60,029 nucleotides of DNA from Candidatus Colwellbacteria bacterium (GCA_027448785.1 DAIDMW010000003.1:1-60029), one strand, 5' to 3'. Positions 18,448 through 29,033 are shown, counted from the first letter of the stretch. The notes: generated from the sequence alone by a model not told the origin. A program made the numbers and translations.

Positions 18448-18528
18448 CCTTCGCCAAGGCTTCGGAGTGACAAAGCTATCCTTCGCTAAAGTTTCGGAGT
18501 GGCAGGCCAACCTTCGCCAAGGCTTTAA
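18448..18528 (+). repeat. About 2.5 tandem copies of a 31-32-bp unit CCTTCGC(C/T)AA(G/A)G(C/T)TTCGGAGTG
   Basis: Directly follows tRNA-Trp. Confidence 0.75.
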
Positions 18529-18639
18529 AATGGCAAATGTCAATATTAAACTTTCTTACCCTTGCTTATTAGGGCATTTTCCAATTCTCCGGTCAGCGTG
18601 TATAGTGACAGTGGTACCAAATAGGATAGGAGGGACCTT

Positions 18640-19290
18640 ATGGAACACCCGCTTATAGTCATCGAAGGCGGAGATGCGGCCGGAAAGAAGACCCAAACCC
18701 AATTGCTTTTCAACGCGCTAGGAGAGAAAGGATTTCCTTGCTCAACGTTTAGCTTCCCCAGATACAACCACTTTTACGGATCTTTGATTCGCAGAAGCCT
18801 AAACGGGGAGTTCGGAGACTTCCTCTCTCTCAACCCGTATATAGCTTCACCGCTATATACTTTGGACAGAGTCGAGGCGAAGAAGGAGCTGCGCAAAGCT
18901 CTTAAGCGCGGGCCTGTCATCTGCGACCGCTATACGCCGTCAAACCTTGCTTTCCAAGGAGCAAAACTCTCCGAGATTGATCGCGAGGAATTCATTATGG
19001 TGACCGAGCAAGCTGAGTACGGCAGCTTAAGACTGCCGCGACCCAGTATCGTCATTTACCTCAAAGTTCCAGTAGAGGTATCGGCAAAACTCTCGCAAGG
19101 CCGGCTCAACCAGGACCAACACGAAGCCGATCTCGATTACCAAAAGCGCGTCGTCGAAGTTTACGAGAAGATGGCTAAGGAAAGGAATGATTGGACGATC
19201 GTCGAGTGTGTTCACGAAGGAAAACTCCGCAGTCCGGAAGATATTCACCAAGATGTACTTTCACTCGTTCTGCCGCTTTTAAACGGCTAA
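18640..19290 (+). CDS. tmk: Thymidylate kinase
   Basis: IEGGDAAGKKTQ P loop, FSFPRY, ICDRYTPSNLAFQG. Confidence 0.88.
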   Translation: MEHPLIVIEGGDAAGKKTQTQLLFNALGEKGFPCSTFSFPRYNHFYGSLIRRSLNGEFGDFLSLNPYIASPLYTLDRVEAKKELRKALKRGPVICDRYTPSNLAFQGAKLSEIDREEFIMVTEQAEYGSLRLPRPSIVIYLKVPVEVSAKLSQGRLNQDQHEADLDYQKRVVEVYEKMAKERNDWTIVECVHEGKLRSPEDIHQDVLSLVLPLLNG

Positions 19291-19333
19291 AACGAGAAGC
19301 GCTCCTAATGGGAGCGCTTTCGCTTTCCTATTT

Positions 19334-20548
19334 TTATTTCTTGCGCACTTTGACGAAGTGCCGCTTGCCGGATTGCACAACGATCTCTTTTCCTGAAGAT
19401 AAGTCGATGACCGCGCGCGGATCAGTTGTTTTTCCCCCGCTAATCCTAACTCCGCCCTGAGCGATCAGGCGGAAGGCGTCGCTTTTACTTCTCGCCAAAC
19501 CCGACAGAAAAAGAAGTTCGGCCGCCATCAACTTGGTTTTCGCGATAAAAATCGTCTTTATCTCGGCCGGAAGCTCTTTCTTTTGAAAGACGCTTAAAAA
19601 CTCCTTCTCCGCCTTAGCGGCCGCGTTTTTCCCATGGTAGATAGTAACGACTTCGCGCGACAAGATGAGTTTGGCGTCGCGGGGATTGGTTTTCTTTTCT
19701 TTGACCTCTTTTTCAAGCGCGCTTATTTTCTCACCCGGCATATCCGTCGCCAGACGCAGATATTTGAAAATCAACTCGTCGCGGACCGACATCAGCTTGC
19801 CAAACATGTCGTTTGGCTCGTCGGAAATATTAATCACATTCCCCCAGCTCGTGGACATTTTGCGCCCGTCGGTACCCTCGAGCATCTCGCAGGTCAAGAT
19901 ATCCTGTTCCTTCTCGCCGTAGTATCTCTGGATGGCGCGCCCGGCCATTAAGTTGAACAATTGGTCGAAGCCGCCGAGCTCAACATCGGACTTAACCGCG
20001 ACGCTGTCGTACCCCTGCATCAATGGATAGAGGAATTCGCGTAGGCTGATATCGACTCCTTTTTCATACCTCTCCTTGAAATTGCGGCGAGCGAGCATCT
20101 GCTGGACGCTAAAGCTTTCCGCCAGCTCCGTCACCTCGGCAAAGGTCAGCTTCTTTAGCCAGGAGCTGTTGTATTTTATCTCCGCCTTGCTCAAATCAAC
20201 TATCTTGCCAAGCTGTTTTTTATAGTCGCGCATGTTCTGCCGGACCTGCGCCGGCGAAAGCCGCGGGCGCTTGGCTAGTTTGTCGGAAGGGTCGCCAATC
20301 AGCGCGGTAAAGTCGCCTACGATGAGCACAACGTGATGTCCCAACTCCTGGAAGGCGCGAAGTTTGCGCAAAACCACCGCCCGGCCCAGGTGAATCTTCG
20401 GGCCGGTTGGATCGATGCCTAATTTGACGCGCAGCTTTTTCTGGGAAAGTAGCGCTTTGCGCAGATGGTCGCGATCGACAACTTCGGTCACGCCGCGCGT
20501 CAAAACCTCCTCAATCGCCTTAGTTTTTGATTTTTTTGATGACTTCAT
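19334..20548 (-). CDS. tyrS: Tyrosine--tRNA ligase
   Basis: [26 protein letters not shown]-terminal S4 domain. Confidence 0.97.
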   Translation of the reverse strand: MKSSKKSKTKAIEEVLTRGVTEVVDRDHLRKALLSQKKLRVKLGIDPTGPKIHLGRAVVLRKLRAFQELGHHVVLIVGDFTALIGDPSDKLAKRPRLSPAQVRQNMRDYKKQLGKIVDLSKAEIKYNSSWLKKLTFAEVTELAESFSVQQMLARRNFKERYEKGVDISLREFLYPLMQGYDSVAVKSDVELGGFDQLFNLMAGRAIQRYYGEKEQDILTCEMLEGTDGRKMSTSWGNVINISDEPNDMFGKLMSVRDELIFKYLRLATDMPGEKISALEKEVKEKKTNPRDAKLILSREVVTIYHGKNAAAKAEKEFLSVFQKKELPAEIKTIFIAKTKLMAAELLFLSGLARSKSDAFRLIAQGGVRISGGKTTDPRAVIDLSSGKEIVVQSGKRHFVKVRKK

Positions 20549-21123
20549 CGATCAAGCCGTATTCCTTCGCCTCATCCGGCGTCAGCCAGAAGTCGCGATC
20601 CGTGTCCCTTTCTATCTTTGCGAGCGGTTGGCCGGTGTTTTTGGCCAGAATCTGGTTAAGTTTCTCCTTGATCTTAAGAATGTGCCTGGCGGTTATTTCG
20701 ATATCCACCGCCTGCCCCTCAGCTCCTCCCATAACCTGGTGAAGCAGAATCTCCGAATTCGGCAGAGCAAATCGCTTGCCCTTCTTTCCGGCGGAGAGCA
20801 GGAAGGCGCCCATCGAGGCGGCGGTTCCGACGCAGATCGTGCTCACATCCGGCTTGATGGCCTGGATCGTGTCATAGATGGCCAAACCGGCGGAAACAAC
20901 CCCGCCCGGAGAGTTTAAGTACAGGTGAATGTCTTTTTTTGGATCCTCGTACTCCAAGAAAAGCAACTGGGCAATGATAGCGTTGGCTACGGCGTCGTTT
21001 AGTGGTCCGCCTAAGAAAATAACGCGATCTTTTAACAAGCGCGAGTAGATGTCGTAGGCGCGCTCTCCGTAATTAGTTTTCTCGATTACGGTCGGAATTA
21101 AAATTTGTCCTGACTCGTCCATT
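20520..21123 (-). CDS. clpP: ATP-dependent Clp protease proteolytic subunit
   Basis: [24 protein letters not shown]; start moved to 21123 to avoid overlap with ppa. Confidence 0.97.
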
Positions 21124-21126
21124 TGT

Positions 21127-21600
21127 TTACTTATTGTTGGCCTCGGCCTTTTTAATGATATCCTCGGCTTCCTGACGTGTTCCCCACCCTTTGGATTCGA
21201 CAAGCTTATTTTCTAGAACTTTATAAGTGACAAAAAACTGTTCGATCTCCTGCCGCAATGGCATAGGAATATCCTCCAGTTCCTTCCAGGAGTCGTAGTA
21301 AAAGTCGTCGACCGGAACGGCGACAACCTTTTCGTCCTCTTCGCCCTTGTCGATCATCTTGAAGAGGGCGACCGGCCTGGCTTTTAGCAGAGATCCGGGC
21401 AGCAGCGGAAAGCGGGCGACGACCATTACGTCCAACGGATCTCCGTCGCTAGACTTCGTATCTGGCATCAGACCGTAATCGGCCGGGTAGCCGACCGAGC
21501 TGCGCAGAACGCGGTCCAGCCTTAAACGACCAGTTTTCTCGTCAAGTTCGTATTTGTTACGCGATCCCCTGGGAATCTCGATTAAAACGTCAATCTCCAT
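21127..21600 (-). CDS. ppa: Inorganic pyrophosphatase (family I)
   Basis: [25 protein letters not shown]; start MEIDV. Confidence 0.95.
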   Translation of the reverse strand: MEIDVLIEIPRGSRNKYELDEKTGRLRLDRVLRSSVGYPADYGLMPDTKSSDGDPLDVMVVARFPLLPGSLLKARPVALFKMIDKGEEDEKVVAVPVDDFYYDSWKELEDIPMPLRQEIEQFFVTYKVLENKLVESKGWGTRQEAEDIIKKAEANNK

Positions 21601-21640
21601 ATTGTTTTTCTTTTTTTTAATTAACGATTCAATGATAAGT

Positions 21641-22903
21641 TTATTTTTCTTCGCTTTCAATGTTATCGGCGTTTCCAGCCGCTTCTCCAATCTCCGGCTC
21701 GGCCGCGATATCCGTCTCGGCCTCGGCTTCCGCGCGGATCTCTTCGGTTATCTCCTCTTTTTTCGCCTCTGCATGCTCGCCGGCTACGCCGCCTTCCTGT
21801 TCCTCGTCGGGGCGCGATTCGGAGCGGACGTCGATTTTCCATCCGGTCAGTTTCGCTGCCAGACGGACGTTCTGTCCGCCTTTGCCGATAGCTAAGCTAA
21901 GCTGGTCGTCGGGAACGAAGACTTTGACCTCGCGGTGCTCGGTAACTTCGACGCGGTGAACCCTGGCCGGAGCCAAAGCGTTTTTGACAAAGGCCTCGGT
22001 ATCCGGAGACCAGCCGACCACGTCGATTCTCTCCGGACCTAGCTCGTTGGTAACAGTCATAATCCTCGTTCCGTGCTGTCCGACAACGCTGCCAACCGCG
22101 TCCACCGCCTCATGGTTAGAAGCGACGGCGATCTTAGTGCGCGACCCGGCCTCTCTGGCGATCGCCTTGATTTCCACCGTGCCATCGGCTATTTCCGGAA
22201 CTTCCATTTCGAAAAGCTTGACGATAAATCTCGGGTGCGAACGCGAAAGGACAACCTCGGGGAAGCGAGGCGAGCCTTTCTGCACCGCGACTACGTAGAA
22301 GCGCAGCCGCTCGCCGATGCGGTAGTGTTCGCCCGGGATGGTCTCGTTGTAAAACATAATACCGATGGCGCGGCCGAGGTCGATATAGACGTTCCCGCGC
22401 TCGATGCGCTGCACCGTTCCGCTGACCACCTGGCCTTCTCGGTCTTTGAACTCCTCGACCACCGATTCCTGTTCCGCCTCGCGTAGGCGCTGAATAATCA
22501 CCTGCTTGGCCGTGCCGGCGGCGATGCGTCCGAAGTCGCTGTGCTCCGGAAGAGGAAACTCTATTTCGTCGCCGAGCCGGGCATCCGGCTTCACTTTTCT
22601 CGCCTCTTCCAAAAGAATGTGTCTCTCCTCGTGATAGCGGGGCATTTTGTCTTCGGAGTCGGCAACTTCTTCTTCCCCATCGAATCTGACGACGCTCTCG
22701 TCAACCACCTCTTTCACCTCATAAAACTCCATCTTGCCGGTTTTGACGTCCAATTTCGCGCGAACATTGGCGTTCCGCGAAGAATACTCGCGCTTGTAAG
22801 CGGCGGCCAAAGCCTTCTCGACGACCTCGAATATCTTCTCCGGCTCGATTTTCTTTTCCTGGGCGATTTGATTGGCGGTTTGTACTAGTGCTTTTAAATC
22901 CAT
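21641..22903 (-). CDS. nusA: Transcription factor NusA
   Basis: FGRIAAGTAKQVI, AREAGSRTK, AIGKGGQNVRLAAKLTGWKID. Confidence 0.97.
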   Translation of the reverse strand: MDLKALVQTANQIAQEKKIEPEKIFEVVEKALAAAYKREYSSRNANVRAKLDVKTGKMEFYEVKEVVDESVVRFDGEEEVADSEDKMPRYHEERHILLEEARKVKPDARLGDEIEFPLPEHSDFGRIAAGTAKQVIIQRLREAEQESVVEEFKDREGQVVSGTVQRIERGNVYIDLGRAIGIMFYNETIPGEHYRIGERLRFYVVAVQKGSPRFPEVVLSRSHPRFIVKLFEMEVPEIADGTVEIKAIAREAGSRTKIAVASNHEAVDAVGSVVGQHGTRIMTVTNELGPERIDVVGWSPDTEAFVKNALAPARVHRVEVTEHREVKVFVPDDQLSLAIGKGGQNVRLAAKLTGWKIDVRSESRPDEEQEGGVAGEHAEAKKEEITEEIRAEAEAETDIAAEPEIGEAAGNADNIESEEK

Positions 22904-22930
22904 TGTGTTTTTTATAATTCTTCTTTTATC

Positions 22931-22998
22931 CAAAGACCCGCCGGCGGCGGGTCTTTGATCTGTAAGGCGATGATAACAGTTAGCTCGTTCCGCGTCAA
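22931..22998 (-). promoter_or_regulatory. nusA promoter (TTGACG-17-TATCAT) followed by a 12-bp leader hairpin
   Basis: -35 at 22993-22998, -10 at 22970-22975, hairpin 22931-22957. Confidence 0.7.
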
Positions 22999-23004
22999 GG
23001 AGAT

Positions 23005-24588
23005 TTATGACCCGCTAAGCATCGTCTCGACTTGGCTGATGCCCGCGTAAGACGTGCTAAGAATCAGATAATTTCCAAACCAGCCGTATTCGAAAACGGT
23101 GCCGCGCTGGCTGAAGCGAGCGAAGCGGACGGGCTGCTTGTTGGGCAGGCTGCCGTTCTGCCAGCTGTTAGCCACCAGGTTTCCGGGCGGAAGCAGATAG
23201 AAGTTAGCGAGGTCGGGCGAGGTCTCGATAATCGAAGCGATGCGTGAAGCGAGTGTTTCGGTCGGTACGGTGGAAGTCGGCGAAGTGGTAGCGACTGGCA
23301 CGGCTGCGGAAGAAGCAACGGTGGTCGAAGTCGAAAAGTTGGCCGCTAATTTAAAGATATATCCAGGCCACGCTCTCTGGCCGTCGTAATATGCGTAAGC
23401 GGTAAAATCGTTATCTAGGTACTGTGGCAAGGTGCTGCTGGCTTGCGGCATCAAAGCGGCTATCATTTGCGGCGTCTCCACCGGCTGGCCGGAATAGGAG
23501 AATTGTAGTTCTTTTACGGTTTTAGCCGGAGTCGAGGTGGTCTCGTTCAGAGAGTTGATGGCGAGTGTCAAATCGGAAGCGGTAAGGCCCGAAAGGTTAA
23601 GCGCGACGACGCTAGTCGAGGTGGTAAAAAACGTGTGGTGAACGAAGGGCGGCGGGGTCTGCGCCACCGGCGCGGTCGGAGCCGGGGCCTGTACGACCGG
23701 AGCTGGCGTCGGAGTTGGCATCATTTTAGGTAAGACGAAGAAGTAAAAAACCGCTAAAACAGCGATAACCGCGACCCCGATGCCGGCGACCTCCAGCGTC
23801 CTGCGAGAAACATGGGTGGCCGCTTTTTGGGCTCCGGCGGTGGCTGCCTGCGGGGTAAAGATAGGCCCGCCTTCAAAACCAGAGAGATTTACAACCTCGG
23901 GGCCTTTCGGAGCGGTCGCAGCCGGACCTGTGCTTGGACCGGCAGGCTTAGTGACGGCCTCAGGCTGAACGCCTAGCCCTCCCGATGCTTTTAACGACTC
24001 TAGATCGCCACCAAGCGTTCGAACCGAAACATCGGCCGCGCTCGGTCCCTGAGTAACGGTTCCGCTGGGACGCGTCGAAGGGGCAGCCGGCGGAGGAGTT
24101 GGAATGTTAAAACCGGCCGGGGCCGGAGGAGGCGGAGGAACCGCGCCCGGCATAACCGGAACCGGGGATGGAGGTGGCGGCGGAGTCGAGGCGGCGGATG
24201 GCGTAGGTAAGGGAGAGCCTACGCTGACGCGAGAAACCGGCTCGGCTTGGTCTAGCCCGTAATTAACCACCGCAGGAGTTGATTCTTTAGGAACGGCTGG
24301 CGCGGTAGGAGGCGGGGGGATCGGCACTTCTTTTACCTCTTCGCCAGGCATAGCCGAAGGAGATGGCGCAGCGGGCGGAGTCGGCATCGGAGTCGGAATC
24401 GGAGTCGGAGCTGGAGTTGGAGTTGGAGTTGAAATAGGCTGAGCTGGGACCGCTCCCGGAAAAGGAGCAGGCTGCACCGGCTCGCTTGCGGGTGTGGCGG
24501 AAAAATTAGGAGTTAGCCTTTCGGGATTTTTATTTTTGTCGTTCGGGTCGTATTGGGGAACGCCGCCAAAATTAGTATTTGGTTCCAT
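23005..24588 (-). CDS. Proline-rich single-pass membrane protein
   Basis: About 260 aa of P/A/T-rich sequence, TM about aa 268-287, globular C-terminus. Confidence 0.8.
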   Translation of the reverse strand: MEPNTNFGGVPQYDPNDKNKNPERLTPNFSATPASEPVQPAPFPGAVPAQPISTPTPTPAPTPIPTPMPTPPAAPSPSAMPGEEVKEVPIPPPPTAPAVPKESTPAVVNYGLDQAEPVSRVSVGSPLPTPSAASTPPPPPSPVPVMPGAVPPPPPAPAGFNIPTPPPAAPSTRPSGTVTQGPSAADVSVRTLGGDLESLKASGGLGVQPEAVTKPAGPSTGPAATAPKGPEVVNLSGFEGGPIFTPQAATAGAQKAATHVSRRTLEVAGIGVAVIAVLAVFYFFVLPKMMPTPTPAPVVQAPAPTAPVAQTPPPFVHHTFFTTSTSVVALNLSGLTASDLTLAINSLNETTSTPAKTVKELQFSYSGQPVETPQMIAALMPQASSTLPQYLDNDFTAYAYYDGQRAWPGYIFKLAANFSTSTTVASSAAVPVATTSPTSTVPTETLASRIASIIETSPDLANFYLLPPGNLVANSWQNGSLPNKQPVRFARFSQRGTVFEYGWFGNYLILSTSYAGISQVETMLSGS

Positions 24589-24635
24589 GCCTAAATTATA
24601 TCACAAGAAACCAAGCCGGAACTGTGGATAACAAG

Positions 24636-24881
24636 AAAATACAAAAACGAAAAGCACAAAGTAACGCAAATCCGAAACACGAAATCCTAAATCCCAAACA
24701 AATTCCAATTTACAAATCATAAATGCGAAACACATTTGTGTTTGGAGTTTGTAGTTTGGTATTTCGAATTTGTTTCGGATTTCGATATTAGGATTTAGGG
24801 AGCGCAAAACTAAAAGCGCAAAAGAACTAACGACTGGAGACTTGCCGTTGTTTTTCGCTTTTAGCTTTTAGTTTTGCGTTT
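24636..24881. repeat. Composite heptamer hairpin repeat (family B then family A)
   Basis: AAATCCGAAACAC...TTTCGGATTT arms, then GGAGCGCAAAACTAAAAGCG hairpin. Confidence 0.85.
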
Positions 24882-26981
24882 TTAGCTGCTTAGCTGTTTG
24901 ATCGACAAGCCCACCTTGCCGTTCTCTAGCTTGATGACTTTGGCGCGGACGTGGTCGCCCACCTTCAGCACGTCGGTCACTTTCTCCACATATCCATTTT
25001 TCAGCTCGGAAACGTGGATCATTCCGCTTTTTCCGCCGCCCAGATTGACGATGGCGCCGAAGTCGAGGATTTTCTCCACCTCGCCCTCGACGATCTCCCC
25101 GATCTCGAATTCGCGCAGCAAGTTTTTAATCTCGTTAGCCGCGGCATCGGCGGTAGCTCGGTCGGGAGCGGAAATAAAAACTTTCCCGTCGTCGTCTATG
25201 TCGATCGACGTGGCTCCGGTTTTCTCAATAATGCCGTTAATCACCTTACCGCCGGCGCCGATCACCTCGCCGATGCGCGATGGATCGATGGTGAAGGAGA
25301 CGATTTGCGGCACTCCCGGTTTTAGTTCTGAGCGCGGAGCCGAGATGGCGCCTTTCATAACCTGCAATATTTTCAGCCTGGCCTCGCGGGCCTGAGACAT
25401 CGCCTGGCGCAAGACGTCCACTCCGACGCCGTCTATTTTTACATCCATCTGCAAAGCGTTGATTCCGTCCTCGGTTCCAGCCGCTTTAAAATCCATATCG
25501 CCGTAGTGGTCCTCCGGGCCTTGAATGTCGGTCAAGACGCGGTACCTGCCGTCGTGGGCGCTCATTAAGCCCATAGCAATACCCGCCGCCGGCTTCTTCA
25601 AGGGAACGCCGGCCTCCATCAACGACATTACCGAAGCGCAGACCGTAGCCATCGAACTCGATCCGTTAGAGGAAAGTATCTCGGAAACAACGCGGATAAC
25701 GTAAGGAAACTCTTCTCTCGAGGGAATAAGCGGCGCGACAGCTTTTTCCGCCAGAGCACCGTGCCCGATCTCCCGGCGACCAGGACCCTTGAATCCGCCG
25801 ATTTCTCCCGTGGAGAAGGGCGGAAAGTTGTAATGCAGAAAGAAACGGTCCTTTTTGGCGCCGTCCAGCGTTTCAGAAAGGCGCTCTGCTCCGGGAGCGG
25901 CCAGAGTAGTAACGGCTAAGGCTTGGGTGTTGCCGCGAACGAAAAGCGCGGAGCCGTGCACTATCGGCAGGACGCCGGCTTCGGCGTATAGATCGCGCAG
26001 CTCGTCGAAAGCACGGCCGTCGGGGCGGACGCCCTCGTCGAGCAGTTTACGGTGGACCAGCGCGTCAACCTCGTCGTCGAACATAAGGGAGGCCAGCTCG
26101 ATTTCCTTTTCGAGGAACTGTTCTTCGGACAAAGCGCGCAGCAGATCGGCGCGCAGCTCCTCCATCTTTAACCCGCGCTCTTGTTTTTCTTTAATATAAA
26201 CGGCGGCCTCTAATTTGCCTTTTAAGAATTCTGAAACTGACGATTGGAGCTTTTCGCTCGGCATAGGTACCGGGACATCCGTCTTCGGACGGCCTAACGC
26301 CTTCACCGCTTCATTTTGGAAATCGATCAGCTGGGCGATCGGCTGGAGCGCGGTCTCGAAAGCTTTGGCGACATCCTCCTCTTTAGCATCGAGGCCGCCG
26401 AGTTCGATCATGTTGATTTTTCCTCCCAATCCGGCGATGAAAGTGGAAAACTCGACATCGTCCGCAGCCAGCTCCGAGTTGGTCGGATTAACGACAAAGC
26501 CGCTGCGGTTCTTTAGCAAACGAACGCCGGAAATCGGGCCGTTCCACGGGATGTCGGACATAGCCAGAGCGGTTGAAGCGGCGACCAGCCCAACGAAATC
26601 TGGGTCGTTCTGCCCGTCGTAAGAAAGGACGGTTACCACGACTTGGATCTCGCGGCGGATCCGCTGATCGAAAAGCGGACGAATGGCGCGGTCGATGAGT
26701 CGACCGGAAAGTATCGCTTCGTCCGACGGCTTGCTTTCGCGGCGCAGAAAGCGGCTGCCTAGAATGTGGCCTCCGGCGTAAAACTTCTCTTCGTAATTGA
26801 CAGTCAAAGGAAGGTAATCGACGTCGCGGTCGGTCTTAGCCATTACCGCCGTCGCCAAGACGGTCGTCTCGCCGTAGCTCGCAAGGACGGCGGCGTTCGC
26901 CTGCTCCGCTAATTTTGATACCTCTAACTTCAAAGTCCGGCCGCCGATCTCCAGACTAAACTGCTTTCTTTGTAAATCCAT
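24882..26981 (-). CDS. pnp: Polyribonucleotide nucleotidyltransferase
   Basis: RREIGHGALAE, SNGSSSMA, GDMDFK, KH and S1 domains; start MDLQRK. Confidence 0.98.
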   Translation of the reverse strand: MDLQRKQFSLEIGGRTLKLEVSKLAEQANAAVLASYGETTVLATAVMAKTDRDVDYLPLTVNYEEKFYAGGHILGSRFLRRESKPSDEAILSGRLIDRAIRPLFDQRIRREIQVVVTVLSYDGQNDPDFVGLVAASTALAMSDIPWNGPISGVRLLKNRSGFVVNPTNSELAADDVEFSTFIAGLGGKINMIELGGLDAKEEDVAKAFETALQPIAQLIDFQNEAVKALGRPKTDVPVPMPSEKLQSSVSEFLKGKLEAAVYIKEKQERGLKMEELRADLLRALSEEQFLEKEIELASLMFDDEVDALVHRKLLDEGVRPDGRAFDELRDLYAEAGVLPIVHGSALFVRGNTQALAVTTLAAPGAERLSETLDGAKKDRFFLHYNFPPFSTGEIGGFKGPGRREIGHGALAEKAVAPLIPSREEFPYVIRVVSEILSSNGSSSMATVCASVMSLMEAGVPLKKPAAGIAMGLMSAHDGRYRVLTDIQGPEDHYGDMDFKAAGTEDGINALQMDVKIDGVGVDVLRQAMSQAREARLKILQVMKGAISAPRSELKPGVPQIVSFTIDPSRIGEVIGAGGKVINGIIEKTGATSIDIDDDGKVFISAPDRATADAAANEIKNLLREFEIGEIVEGEVEKILDFGAIVNLGGGKSGMIHVSELKNGYVEKVTDVLKVGDHVRAKVIKLENGKVGLSIKQLSS

Positions 26982-27030
26982 AATTTTCCCAATATATGCC
27001 AAACCGCCTCGGTGGTCAAAGACGCGCGAG

Positions 27031-27558
27031 CTATTTTTTTCTGCTCCGCGGCGAACGGAAAACCAATCCGCTCATCTCTTCCAGATCATAGAAGTGGTCG
27101 GCTGCCTCGCGTAATCTAGCCGACGAGGTGCGTCCGAAGGCGGCCACTTCGACGCTACGTCCCAAGCCCCACTTCAAATACTCGACAAGAGGAACAAAGT
27201 CGCCGTCGCCGGTTACGAGAACCACGACGTCGGCCAGGGTGGCCATACGGATGGAGTCGACCGCCATGCCGACATCCCAGTCCGCCTTCTTCGCTCCGCT
27301 GGAAAAGACCTGTATATCCTTGAGTCTCAGCTCGATGCCCTCCTTCTCCAGCGCCTCAAAAAAAGTCTCCTCCCCGGTCGCGGGATCGCTGCGAACGACG
27401 TAGGCTAGGGCGCGAATAAGCTTGCGGTCTCCGACCACATTCTCCATCAGCACCTTATAGTTGACCCGGCCACCATAGAGATTCTTGGCCGAATGATAAA
27501 GATTTTGAATATCAATGAAAACGCAGACTCGCTGTTCGGAGTGCGAAACAACGGCCAT
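27031..27558 (-). CDS. NYN domain protein (LabA/DUF88)
   Basis: FIDIQNLY, KADWDVGMAVD, TGDGDFVPL. Confidence 0.92.
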   Translation of the reverse strand: MAVVSHSEQRVCVFIDIQNLYHSAKNLYGGRVNYKVLMENVVGDRKLIRALAYVVRSDPATGEETFFEALEKEGIELRLKDIQVFSSGAKKADWDVGMAVDSIRMATLADVVVLVTGDGDFVPLVEYLKWGLGRSVEVAAFGRTSSARLREAADHFYDLEEMSGLVFRSPRSRKK

Positions 27559-27824
27559 TACTTCTTAAGCCCCAGCTTCTTAATGGTTTTTTGGTAGCTG
27601 ACTGGGGAAGTCGCGGCTAGATAGTTTAAGAGCTTGCGCCGTTTGCTGACCATCTTTAAAAGGCCGCGGCGCGAGTGATTATCCTTTGGATGCTGCTTTA
27701 GATGAGCCGCCAGTTCGTCGATTTGGCGCGAAACTAAAGCCACCTGGACCTCAGCCGATCCGGTATCTGTCTCATGCTTCTTAGAAGCTGTAATCACGTT
27801 TTTCTTTACGCGGGAAGATAACAT
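27558..27824 (-). CDS. rpsO: 30S ribosomal protein S15
   Basis: DTGSAEVQVA, HPKDNHSRRGLLKMVSKRRKLLNYL. Confidence 0.98.
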   Translation of the reverse strand: MLSSRVKKNVITASKKHETDTGSAEVQVALVSRQIDELAAHLKQHPKDNHSRRGLLKMVSKRRKLLNYLAATSPVSYQKTIKKLGLKK

Positions 27825-27832
27825 TTGCCACA

Positions 27833-27861
27833 ATGGTAGCAGGAAACGGCCGAGGTGTCAA
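27833..27861 (-). promoter_or_regulatory. rpsO promoter TTGACA-17-TACCAT
   Basis: -35 at 27856-27861, -10 at 27833-27838, 8 nt before the ATG. Confidence 0.75.
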
Positions 27862-27887
27862 AAACTGGCTTAAATAAAGGAGATTTG

Positions 27888-28116
27888 AAGCGCAAAGCGA
27901 AAAGCGCAAAATGCAAAAGAATGAAAATTCGAAATCTGAAACAAGGGAAAATTCGAAATTCTAAATCCGAAATCCTAAACAAATCACAAACTACAAATTC
28001 CAAATACGAAACACGAACGGGTTTAGGAAGCGTAAAACGCAAAGCTAAAAGCTAAAAAATACCGACCGGCCGTTAGTCGCCGTCTCTTTTGCGCTTTGCG
28101 CTTTTAATTTTGCGCT
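27888..28116. repeat. Composite heptamer repeat (A-B-A)
   Basis: AAATTCG/AAATCCG/AAATCCT run flanked by AAAGCGC units; ends TTTTGCGCTCCTAG. Confidence 0.85.
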
Positions 28117-28139
28117 CCTAGTGTCGTATAATGTAGGCA

Positions 28140-29033
28140 ATGTCCGCGATCGAAATCACACTGAAAGAGTACCTAGACTACCTAGAGATCGAGAAAAACC
28201 GCTCTCCCAGGACCCGCTCCAGCTACGAACGCTGTTTGAGGAGGTTTGTCGCGGAAGAGAACATAACCTCTCCCAAAGAGATCACCGAGGAAAGGATCCG
28301 CGACTTCCGCCTGCGCCTATCCCGCGACGGCAGGCTAAAAAAATCCACCCAGGCCTACTTTATCATCGCCATCCGCAACTTCCTAAAGTACCTGGTAAAG
28401 CGCGGGACGGAGACGGTCTCTCCCGACCGCGTCGAGCTGCCGAAGGTTCCCGAGAGGCAGATCCGTCCGTTGGAGTATTCCGACCTGGAAAGGCTGCTCG
28501 CTGCGCCAAAAGGCGGCGAGCCGCGACCCGTCCGGGACCGAGCGATACTCGAAACTCTCTTCTCCACCGGCCTGCGCGTCTCCGAGCTTTGCGCTCTAAA
28601 TAAAGACATAAACCTTGAGCGCGGGGAGTTCACCGTCCGAGGAAAGGGAGAAAAGCTGCGTGTCGTCTTCCTCTCGGAGAGAGCGAAAAAAGCAATCAAG
28701 GAGTATCTCGCCAAGCGCGAGGATCTAGAACCGGCGCTTTTTATAAGTCTCAGCGCCGGAAAAAAACCGAAGGTGACGGGGAGAATGATCCCCAGGACGG
28801 TGGAAAGATTGGTTGATCATTACGCAAAAAGCGCGGGGATACCCCGAAGGATAACCCCGCACCAATTGCGTCACCAGTTCGCCACCGACCTGCTGCTAAA
28901 CGGAGCCGACCTGCGCTCCGTCCAGGAGCTCTTGGGCCACAGCAACATCTCCACCACGCAAATCTATACGCACATCACCAACAAGGAGCTGCGCGAAGTG
29001 CACCAGGCCTTCCATGGAAAAAGAAGAAAATAA
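28140..29033 (+). CDS. XerC/XerD-like tyrosine recombinase
   Basis: SAM-like N-terminus; catalytic R (TGLRVSEL), K (GKGEK), HQLRH, LGH, Y (TQIYTH) all intact. Confidence 0.93.
   Translation: MSAIEITLKEYLDYLEIEKNRSPRTRSSYERCLRRFVAEENITSPKEITEERIRDFRLRLSRDGRLKKSTQAYFIIAIRNFLKYLVKRGTETVSPDRVELPKVPERQIRPLEYSDLERLLAAPKGGEPRPVRDRAILETLFSTGLRVSELCALNKDINLERGEFTVRGKGEKLRVVFLSERAKKAIKEYLAKREDLEPALFISLSAGKKPKVTGRMIPRTVERLVDHYAKSAGIPRRITPHQLRHQFATDLLLNGADLRSVQELLGHSNISTTQIYTHITNKELREVHQAFHGKRRK

Noticed and set aside
28140-29033. Prophage or island integrase
   Set aside because: Size and motifs fit a housekeeping Xer-type recombinase; no phage genes or convincing att pair are visible.
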